Source of the DNA: Octopus vulgaris
Taxonomy: Eukaryota
Assembly (NCBI GenBank): GCA_951406725.2
Contig: OX597826.1
Span: 45,756,001-45,820,000, forward strand
Direction of reading: 5' to 3'
Length of the DNA stretch: 64,000 nt
In this document: piece by piece, positions 27,334 to 39,300 of the stretch
Position numbering within the stretch: the stretch's first letter is position 1
Layout of the letters: the number at the start of each line of letters is the position of its first letter
Notes under the pieces: model-generated
Told to the model about the DNA's origin: nothing
Databases searched by the model: none
The model's input: the letters and a program-made list of their open reading frames with translations, nothing else
Position numbers and translations under genes: made by a program

Positions 27334-30300
27334 CTGCAGAGAAAATTGAAAGAAAAAAAAAAAGGATGCGTTATAAAGAATACATCATCAATATTATCTG
27401 CTTTATTTATAAATAGTAATTTAAAAGAAAATATTGAGCTTCAATTTTACTCTTTTACTCGTTTCAGTCATTTGACTGTGGCTATGCTGGAGCACCACTT
27501 TTAGTTGAGCACATCTACCCCAGGACTTATTCTTTGTAAGCCTAGTACTTATTCTAGTGTTCTCTTTTGCAGAACCGCTGAGTTGCGGGGACGTAAACAA
27601 ATCAACAAACACAGACACACAAACACACACACATATATATATACATGTATACGACGGGCTTCCTTCAGTTTCCATCTACCAAATCCACTCACAAGGCTTT
27701 GGTTGGCCTGAGGCTATAGTAGAAGACACTTGCCCAAGGTGCCATGCAGTGGGACTGAACCCGGAACCATGTAGTTCATAAGCAAGCTACATACCACACA
27801 GCCACTCCTACGCCTATTTTGATAACATGTTGAAGAAAAAAACAAATAAACATCAGAATCATTATAAGAGTAGGGAGGTGTGGTTGTGTGGTAAAGGCGT
27901 TTGCTTCCCAACCACTTGATTTCAGGTTCAGCCCCACTGTGTAGCACCTCAGGTAAGTGTTTTCTATCGTCTCAAGCTGACCAATGCCTTGCGAGTGTAT
28001 TTGGTAGATGGAAACTGAAAGAAGCCTGTCATGCACATATATTATATATAATCCTTTCTACTGTAGGCACAAGGCCCAAAATTTGGGGGAGGAGGCACGT
28101 TAAGCACACCATTTAAGCGTGATCGTTACCATGTCGCCTTATCAGCACTTGTGCTGGTGGCACGTGAAACATTCAAGCAAGGTCGTTGCCAGTGCCACTG
28201 GACTGGCTTCTGTGCAGGAGGCACATAAAAAGCACCATTTGGGCATAGCCGTTGCCAGTACCACCAAACTGGCCCTCGTGCCGGTGGCACATAAAAGCAC
28301 CCACTGCACTCTCGGAGTGGTTGGTGTTAGGAAGGGCATCCAGCTGTAGAAACTCTACCAGATCAGATTGGGGTCTGGTTCGCCAGACCTCAGTCAAATC
28401 GTCCAACCCATGCTAGCATAGAAAGCGGACGTTAAATGATAATGATGATGATGAGATTAGTCAATTACATCGATCCCCAGTGTTTCACTGGTACTTAATT
28501 TATCGACCACCCCTAAAGAATGAAAGGCAAAGTCGACCTTGGCGGTATTTGAACTCAGAATGTTGTGATGGGCAAAATACTGCTAAGTATTTGGTCCAGT
28601 AAGCTAGCAATTCTGCCAGCTCACCGCCTTATATGTATTATATATATAATAGTATGTGTGATAAGGTAGTGAGCTAGCAGAAATGTTAGCACGCTGGATG
28701 AAATGCTTAGCGGTATTTCATCTGTCATTATATTCTGAGTTCAAATTCCGCCAAGGTCGACTTTGCCTTTCATCCTTTCGAGTTCGATTAAATAAATACC
28801 AGTTACGCACTGAGGTCGATATAATCGACTTAATCCGTGTGTCTGTCCTTGTTTGTTCTCTCTGTGTTTAGCCCCTTGTGGGTAGTAAAGAAATAGGTAT
28901 TTCATCTGTCTTTATGTTCTGAGTTCAAATTCTGTCAAGGTCGACTTAGCCTTTCATCCTTTAGGGGTCGATAAATTAAGTACCAGTTGTGTACTGGGAT
29001 CGATCTAATCGACTGCCCCCCCTCTCTCCCAAAATTTCAGGCCTTGTGCCTAGAGCAGAAAAGATAATAGTATGTGTGTTAATGTCTCCTTGCCTTAGCG
29101 TTAAATGACAGCTGTAAATGAGCACCACTGTCATACAAGGGATTTTTGTCTCCTATCTTCCGTGAAAATATGTTAGACTACAGGGAATGCTTACTGGGAA
29201 ACAGGTAAGAGTTGGTGGCAGTGAGAGCATCATCTGACATGTAAAACATCTGCCTCAACAAATTTTGTCTAGCCCATGCGAACATGGAAAATGTGGATGT
29301 CCAAAATGATGATTAATGGAATGTAAAGGACAATATGTGAGTTGGTGTCTGTGAAATATTCAAATGGAAAGGGAGCAGAAAGGATTTCTCAAATCTCTTA
29401 GGAAGCTTTGGAGGGAACACTAACCTAATAAAATACTTGTTTATTGACAGGACCTGTTGAAAGCTTAGTGGACTAAGATCATAAAAAATAGCCAGGTGTA
29501 TGAATACATACAATAAAGTGGAAATAGATGAATGAAGGTGGAGGTGCAATGGCCCAGTGATTATGGCAACGTACTCGCGGTCGGAGGATCGGGGTTTCGA
29601 TTTCCAGATCGAGCGTTGTGTGTGTTTATTGAGCGAAAACACCTAAAGTTCCACGAAGCTCTGGTAGTGGGTGGTGGCGACCCCTGTTGTACTCTTTCGC
29701 CACAACTTTCTCTCGGTCTTTCTTGAGTAACGCTGCGATGGACTGGTGTCCCGTCCAGCTGGTGAGGGTGGGGGGACACATACGCCACAGAAAAGGGCGA
29801 GATGAATGAAGAACTTGTTGAAGGAACCGTTATGAGGTTATTCAGTTTGCTAGAAATTGCAGTAAAATCTCTCTCAAACTGCTCCCTGCCATCGCATTAA
29901 AGGCAATACACATTAGATAAGGTAGTTTAGGTACAGTTGGAAGACGGCAACGGGGTGTAATGGTCAAGCTTGGAACACACATTTTCGACCAACTCACTGA
30001 GTACATTAATTTTGCTCGGGTAGAACATACTCGGGGTGAAATAACAAAAACAAATTCAAACAAGCTTTCTATGTTTTGGTTAAAATATTTGAATATTAAA
30101 AACAAAACTGCTTTTCATTTACTTTCTCAAAAATTTGTAAAACCCGTGCTTACACAACAATCTCTATAATAAAAAATTCTCAAAAATTTGCAACACCCGT
30201 CCTTATAAAACAATCTCTATAATAGAAAATTGAGAGTTGCTTCCCTTACTCTGCAAATCATTTTTCTTTTTTTTTAACTTTAAGTTATTGTTTGCGTCAA

Positions 30301-33300
30301 TAATAAAAAATGTTAGTTAATAAATAAAATTAATTAAACTAAATATAAACCCTTGTTCGGTGAAAAAAGGAGGGGAACTATAACTCTTCAGAGGGGGCAT
30401 TTTCTTTTCCTGTCTGGAACAATATATATATTTTTGTTGGTTTATAATAATAATTATTATTATTATCTGTTGCAGTTAAAGTAATAATTTTATTGGCGAA
30501 CCTTCGGTATAGGTACACATGTGACTTTGTTTACATTTCTGAAAATAACAGAAACCCTTTTCTCTCACCCCTAACCCTAACCACCCCATATATAAAAATA
30601 AACACTTTCTTGAAATGTATCCGGTACTTCCGGTACTTACACCGGTACTTATACCGAAGTTACGCCATTTTATTTTAATTTGGGCAGCTCAAAGCCAGCA
30701 ATTTTGAAGGGACGGGACTTAGTATCATCGACTTCAGAACTTGACCGGTACTTTACTTTATCGACTCTGGGAGTTGATAACGAAAAGTTGGTTTCGGCGT
30801 AATTTGAACTCAAAACATAAGGAGTCGGAACATTTCACTGCACTGCCCTAATCACAACTTTGCGATTACAACCAATATTTACTTCTCATTCGATCAATAA
30901 AGTACTTCGTCCACTGAATTACGTCATGTTTTAGGCGGCGAGCTGGCAGAAACGTTAGCTCGTTGGGCGAAATGCTTTGTGGTATTTCGTCCGCCGCTGC
31001 GTTCTGAGTTCAAATTCCGCCCAGGTCAATTTTGCCTTTCATCCTTTCGGGGTCGATAAATTAAGTACCAGTTACGCACTGGGGTCGATATAATCGACTT
31101 ACTCCGTTTGTCTGTTCTTGTTTGTCCTCTCTGTGTTTAGCCCCTTGTGGGTAATAAAGAAATAGGTATTTTGTCTGTCTTTATGTTCTGAGTTCAAATT
31201 CCGCCCAGGTCGACTTTGCCTTTCATCCTTTCGGGGTCGATAAATTAAGTACCAGTTGCGTACTGGAGTCGATCTAATCGACTGGTCCTCTTCCCCCAAA
31301 ATTTCGGGCCTTGTGCCTAGAGCAGAAACGAATTACGTCATATTTTACGTTTATCTTCTTTAATTTTTCACACGTTTTTTATTGCTGCTTGTGTTTTGTT
31401 TTTTTTTGTTTTTTGTCATGAATACGTACCCGCATACCTCGACTTACGTTTTATTTCAGAACATGTAGATGGATGAAATACTGCTAAAATCAAAATCAAA
31501 GTGAAATTCGATGACGGGCACGAGCACCATATGAGCGTGATCGTTGACAGAGCGGCTAACCGGCTTCCGTGCCAGTGGCACATAAAAGGCACCATTCGAG
31601 TGTGATCGTTACCAATGTCGCCTTACTGGCACTTGTGCCCCATGCTAGTAGGATCGTTGCCAGAGCGGCTAACTGGCTTCCGTACCGGTGGCATCTAGGA
31701 GGCACCATTCGAGCGGGATCCTTACCAGCATCGCTTTACTGGCACCTGCGCCGTTGGCATGTGTAAAAAGATTCGAGGTTGTTGCCAGTACTGCCTGACT
31801 GGCCCCCCGTGCCGGTGGCATGTAAAAGCACCCACTACACTCTCGGAGTGGTTGGCATTAGGAAGGGCATCCAGCTGTAGAAACTCTGCTAGATCAAGAC
31901 TGGAGCCTGGTGCAGCCATCTGGTTCGCCAGCCCCCAGTCAAACCGTCCAACCCATGCTAGCATGGAAAGCGGACGTTAAACAATGATGATGATGATGTG
32001 CTAACGATTCTGCCAACACACCACTTTCAATAATAATAGTAGTAATAATAATAATAATAATGAAATTTTACTTACGTGCAAAGAATTTTATTAAAGTACA
32101 GACCATGTCCACAAGCTTTTAATTTTGGACATGTGCAGCGACAAGTCTTCTTGTTCCAGGTCTTAGGATGTGTACATCTGGTATTTAAAGACGGTTTGCA
32201 GCGACAGGAGCAATCTGCAGAACTGTAGATATGTATTTTGTCATCGCAATCATCTTCTGTCACTTTGCAAACTTGTTCACAATCTGTATGTGTTTCAAGA
32301 TCAATACCAACTACTCTGTCCAAAGTCATGCTTGGAGCTCCGTAATAGTCATAATTTAACCGCACAACCTAAAGGATGGAGATTGAAGAAGTTTTAGGAA
32401 ACATGAATGGAGACGGAAAAGCAAACAAAAACCGAAAATAGCTCAGTGACGATAAAACATTACTCTTTTACTCTTCTTTTTACTTGTTTCAGTCATTTGA
32501 CCGCCTTTAGTTGAGCAAAGTGACCTAGTACTTTGCTCGATAGAATAAGTGACCTAGTACTAAGTAATTAGTGAAAGCATGGTGCACGTTACCAAGTCAG
32601 GGAAGTGAGAGTTGCTTATTCTTTTAAGATTTAAGCTGGCTATATCTGGCCCTAATATTCTTCACAATACTCTACGATATCATTCTAAAAATGAAAGAAA
32701 TAATCACATCAAAATTTTGAAGTTACAATATAAGGCATAATTGGTTCAAAACGATGTAAATAAATAAGCATTACATGTGATATGTGAAGGCATATAGCTC
32801 TATAGTTGGAGCATCAGACTCACAATCATGAGGTTGTGAGTTCGATTCCCAGCCCAGGCTGTGTGTTGTGTTCTTGAGCAAGACACTTTATTTCACGTTG
32901 CTCCAGTTCACTCAGCTGTAGAAATTAGTTATGATGTCACTGGTGCCAAGCTGAACTGGCCTTTGCCTTTCCCTTGGTTAACATCAGTGGAGAAGCGAGG
33001 TGGTATGCATGGGCAATTACTGATCTTCCATAAACAACTCTTGCCAGGACTTGTGCCTCAGAGGATAACTTTCTAAGTGCAATCCTCTGGTCATTAATAC
33101 CACCCCAACACTTTTTTTTTTACAAATGACAGAGTAATGTGAATGCTAAAGGATTAATATGGTATCTTCTAGGTGAATGAAATTACAACAGAAGAGAGAG
33201 AGAAGGGAAGAGAACTTACTTGTACTTTTTTAAAAACTTTTCCTTTAGCAGTGGGAACACAGGCAAGTGACTCGTGTTCAGCACAACCTCCACATCTTTT

Positions 33301-36300
33301 TACTCGGGTACATTTTGGCCAATAATACTTGTTGTATTCTGTTGGTTGAGGAATCTCTATTGTAGTCAACCGGGGTGAGCAAAAATCAGCATTGACAATT
33401 TCATTTGCTACAAAAAAAAGACAGAAAAAAATATAAATTTAGAAATAAGTTTACATTGTATTACTGTTATTGTTACTTCGTTGTTGTTTCCCATCGCTAT
33501 GCTGCCAGTAAAAATATTTGTTATTTGTGCATGTACTTTCATAAATTGTTCAAAGTGAAAGTATCTGAGCTGGCAGAAGCGTTAGCACGTCGGGCGAAAT
33601 GCCGAGCGGTATTTCGTCTGCCGTTACGTTGTGAATTCAATTTCCGCCGAGGTCGACTTTGCTTTTCATCCTTTCGGGGTCGATAAATTAAGTACCAGTT
33701 ACGCACTGGGGTCGATGTAATCGACTTAATCCCTTTGTTTGTCCTTGTTTGTCCCCTCTGTGTTTAGCTCCTTGTGGGTAGTAAAGAAATAAGTATCTTT
33801 TTGAAGTTTGTGTTGCATTGTCTATATGTTGATAGACACACAGTCACACAATAAATACTTGACAACCGATGCTGGTGTGTTTACGTCCCCCGTAACTTAG
33901 CGGTTCGGCAGGCAAAAGAGACCGATAGAAATAAGTACTAGGCTTACAAAGAATAAGTCCTGGGGTCGATTTGCTCGAGTAAAGGCGGTGCTCCAGTATG
34001 GCCACAGTCAAATGACTGAAACAAGTAAAAGAGTATTGCCATGACTTGGCAATTTATGCCTGTATCATTTCTGTTACTCTGCAGCGAAGCGCCCGCGACC
34101 CAGGTACATACGGTTAGGTGTAGAGCTGCAAGGCACGCAAGAATCTGATATTGTTCTTGATGTTGCTGTCTCTACATAATCTCAGGTCTACTGAAGCAGG
34201 TGAAGAAAACTGAATTGGCGGAAACTGTCTGGAAGCCTGCTCTGCGGACTTTCTTAGACGTGAGAGGCAAGTTTATCCTTCACCCACTTTAATTATTCAG
34301 CAGTCTAGGACTTTAGCAGAATTCACTCTGTGATAAGAATTGAGGCTACGCAACGAGAAATGACACATAACGATATCTAGTTATCCGCCATCCTTGAACC
34401 AAATCTATAAGCCAAAGATTGTGGATTATTATTAAATATTTTTGTAGCAGTAACACGTGCGTTTTGGTGACCACCTCCACCACCATCGTCATTATCATCA
34501 ATCAAAGAAACATTGAAAACGTGATCAACAAGTTTCCCTTCCGTGTATCTTCTCTGCAGATGTTTGATGATTCAGGCCTTTTTAAAAACTAAACTAAATA
34601 GTATTATACCAATTTCTTTACTACCCACAAGGGGCTAAACACAGAGAGGACAAACAAGGGCAGACAAACGGATTAAGACGATTATATTGACCCCAGTACG
34701 TAACTGGTACTTAATTTATCGATCCCGAAAGGATGAAAAGCAAAGTCGACCTCGGTGGAATTTGAACTTAGAACGTAACGGCAGACAAAATACCTATTTC
34801 TTTACTACCTACAAGGGGCTAAACACAGAGGGGACAAACAAAGACAGACAAACAGATTAAGTCGATTATATTGACCCCAATGCGTAACTGGTACTTATTT
34901 AATCGACCCCGAAAGGATGAGAGGCAAAGTCGACCTCGGCGGAATTTGAACTCACAACGTAGCGGCAGACGAAATACGGCTACGCATTTCGCCCGGCGTG
35001 CTAGCGTTTCTACCAGCTCCCCGCCTTATAAAATGAGGAGCTAACCTCAGGCTGAATCGAACTCACAAATCGAGGCTCGCAGGGCTCCTTGCGAATCAGA
35101 TTGGCCAAACGCTCACCTCTAAACTAAATAGTATTATACCATTAAGAAGGCGGCGAGCTGGCAGAAACGTTAGCACGCCGGGCAAAATGCTTAGCGGTAT
35201 TTCGTCTGCGTTACGTTCTGAGTTCGAATTCCGCCGAGGTCGACTTTGCCTTTCATCCTTTCGGGGTCGATAAATTAAGTACCAGTTACGCACTGGGGTC
35301 GATGTAATCGGCTTAATACCTATGTCTGTCCCCTCTGTGTTTAGCCCCTGTGGGTAATAAAGAAATAAGTATTATACCATTAATCTTTAGTTGTTTGGTT
35401 CTTTTTTAAGCTATCATGGTAGAGGTCATGTGGATACACCGCTTTCAATCAATCATTGCCAATCTGCTGACAACAGTAGAAAACTCAGCTTTGAAGATGC
35501 ATCGACAATTTTTTTGGTCTGCGGTGAAGGCAGCAGCTTTAGCAGTAAATTTATAAACTAAGTACTATGTTATTTACATCACATTCTTTCAGCCAATAAC
35601 ATTTTGTTTCCTACTTAAACCATTATGATTTACACATAGATCTTGGATCAAACTGAGACCACAAAAGTTTACTCAGAAACGTACAATAATTAATCTTAAT
35701 CCTTTTATACGTTTTTCCTTTTATAATAATTCTATTTATACCCAAAGTGGATTAAAAGGATATAAACTGATCCTTGTTCATAACTAATATACCTGTCCTC
35801 GTTAATTACCGATTCATTAATCTCTAATTCAGGGGAAAACAGCACGTTCGATTGTGAATCCTGTTACACTTATCAAGGAATGATTTAGGATAACAAGGGT
35901 CAGATATCGTGCAAAAATTCTGCTCGTTGATATTTTTCAGTTGCTTGTCTTTTTTTATAATTTACCGATGTGTTATAAAATATCTTCCCAAACACGAAAA
36001 AATATCATAAGGTGTGTTTAAAATATTTTTGAAAGTGTTATATAAGTTAGGAGGACAACATTGGGGTCTCGGAGCGAAGCCCTTTGTTTCCTCAGTTGTT
36101 CTAGTATTCATTTATCACTGATCCATGTAACACTTTCTCCTTTTTAGACTAAACACGCATGATAAACGAAGCCAGACGTACCGTAAATCCTCGTGTATAA
36201 TCCGCATTTTTCCCCCAAAATTTAAAGGTCAAAATCCCTAGTGCGTACTATATACGAGGTTAAAAATGAAAATTATTTTCTATGCAATGTCCGAGTCTAT

Positions 36301-39300
36301 TTGCTGTCCGGCAATGTTTATTCAGCCGCATTTTGTGATGTCGGGCGCCAAAATACCTTAAGCTAAACCTGAAAGCAATGAAGTCATAAAAGAATCATCC
36401 ATAACTTGCAATAAGCAACATTTATTAAACGTTATTACTGTTATTTCTTTATTTTCTGTAAACAAAATGCTCAAAAAAGCTATATGTTTGCATTATGTCA
36501 AATATACAATAATAATAAAGGACATTGCCTTTTACAGTTTTGCAAACCAAGAACGTTATATAGACCTCCTTGACTCAAGTTAGAGAAGGGGTGTGTATTA
36601 TACACAAGGTTTAGGTTTTTCAGAAGTACAGCTCCCTAAAAATCCCCTGCGTATTATACTCAAGGGCGGACTATACTCGAGGATTTACGGTACTTCTATT
36701 TTATCGACCTTAGATGGGTCAATAGTAGGAATTGAACTCAGAATATGAAGGTGCGTAAACTAAATATCAATGTTCTAACGACTCCGAAAATTCATCACCA
36801 ATGAAACATTGGAATAATTTCAAGTCTTAGAAATTGTTCTCAAAAATTAAATAAGAATACTTACTACTGGCATATTGGAAATCGCCATCTGAAAAACAGG
36901 GAAAAAGAGAAAAGAAAAGCATGAATATTTAATCAAAATAATTGCACTTGTGAAATTAAAATCTAGTTTTGTAAAAATCTAAAATTGTTCATTAATCATT
37001 ACAGTAATGTGAGAAATAATAATGTAGTGAACTTACTTTTCAAGCTAAACTGTCTGAACAGAGAGATAAATTGATAATGAAGTCTTGCCACAGTCAAGTG
37101 TAAGACAGAGGTTAAACAAATAAATATTTAAATATAGACATCAATACAAAGAAAGCGAAAAGGTTATATCGGATTAATAATAACGATCAAAAATACTCAC
37201 TCAAGTCTCGACTGTTAAGAAAAACAAACTAAGCAGATCGTCATCAGATTAAAAACATTTCGATCTTACTTTGATTGTTGATATGTTACAGAGCTCACTG
37301 TGATATGATACCCAGTAAGCTATCGTAGTGACATAAGGTAAACTCTCAAATACGAAAACAATACATTTATGTTTGCATTGCAAATGTGAAAGTTGTAAAC
37401 ATCACGACTTAAACTGTTATATTGGTAATACAAACCGCGATGTGTTGCAAGACGTAACAGAAATATGCTCCGCAACACAAAAACAAAAAATAATAAAAGG
37501 TTAGTTGAAAACCCATCTATGCTCTACAGAATAACTAAACAAAAGATTAAAGATCGAAGCAATATTCAGGACATAGTTCTAATGAATAAACACGTAACCA
37601 GTATACGCAGGACGCTACTTTGGAAGAATATTCTACACATCAAATACATAGAGAATAGATCCCCCCCGCCAACCCATTATTTTGTTATAGAACCTGCATA
37701 CGATTTTTGAATCAATTCGCGAAACCCTTATTTTAATCCATATTTTAATTAAATGAAGCAAAAACTTTATTAGAAGGGGAATTTATTCACAAAAACAAAA
37801 AAAATTAGTCGCAGAGGAAGATGTCAAGCGTGGTTGTGTAGTTAAAGCGTTCGCTCCGTAACCATGTGGCTTTGGGTTCAGTTCCACTGTGCGGCACCTT
37901 GGGCAAGAGTCTTCTATCATGGCCCCGGACCAACCAAAGACTTATGCGTAAATTTGGTAGACGGCAAATGGGAGAAGCCGTCATGTGTGTGTGTGTGTGT
38001 ATGTGTGACGGAAGCAAGTAAAAGACAGAAGAAAAGATATTAATAGGTTAAAATAATTTCTAAAACACAAATGCATTCACTCAAACACTATACATACATA
38101 CTTACGCATATATAAACATACGTATTTATATACACCCACATTTAAACGTACACATGCATACACACACACACATACAAGGACTCAAATATAAACATACAGT
38201 TTCTGTTATAGAGAGAGAGAGAGAGAGAAGAAAAAACAGGCTGATTATTACAAATAACCTTATTGGGGGCGTACTTAAAACAAATTTAGAAAATACAAGT
38301 ATTTCAGATTCTCAAATTGCAATTAAATACAAACTCCTGATTACTAAAAAATCTCCTTTTAGTAATTACACATTCTTGTATAGTTTCTACTCTCAAGCAC
38401 ACTTTGGCATGGAGTTTCTTTATTGGCATCAGTTTCTTGGAATACTTCTCTTTATGGATTGTATCATGTCATCGATAGTGAGTGGTATTCTTGAAAATAT
38501 ATTATTTTATAGCGTCCAAAACGAAATCCATTAGGATATATTATATTGTGTAACAGAATTTTCATTTTAAAGAATTTTTGTACTTGTTGTTTAATAAATG
38601 CTGTTTCCTATTTGCTTCTGTTTAGAAATCAAATGAAATGACTACTATTTCCTTTAAATTTTGCTTTTGTGACCTGGTCATCAATCTTTTGAAACCGACC
38701 TATTTTCCACTACATTTCGGACAGATTCAGCGCTGAGTTGCTGAAACAAGAATATCGTTATAGCAAATATTCTGCTCAATAGCACAGATCTGCTTGTCAG
38801 TTACTTGACCGTTACCACTTGAAGATGTCCTTTAGCGGCTGACGATATGTGCAACTCTCATCAATGGCAATGGGGTAGGGGAGCATCATAACCATGTGCT
38901 GAGAGTGATTCTTTGGGGTTTGAATAGATATAACAAGAGTAAAGTTTGAATGAAATATTAGCCATTTTTCATACTTTCTAGGAGAAAGCAAATAGAAAAT
39001 AACAGTTGCTACTCAAGGACAAAAATCGAGCTACACAATGAGTTTATAGTTCGGTTAATGTGATAACTATTCAACTGGTCATTATACTTCCTCCACTACC
39101 CACCAATGGAATAATGTTTTTCTTTTTCTTTTTTGTCAAGAAAATTACAAGGCGTTACACATTATAATGGGGGGAGAAGTCCCGTGTTGCTGAAAAAATT
39201 ATTTGTATTATACATGGTTAGGCTCGAAAATGCATGGTACTAAACAAAAATGCTACTTCACAGCATTTTGGGCGAGTATCTTCTATTTTAACGTCGTTGT

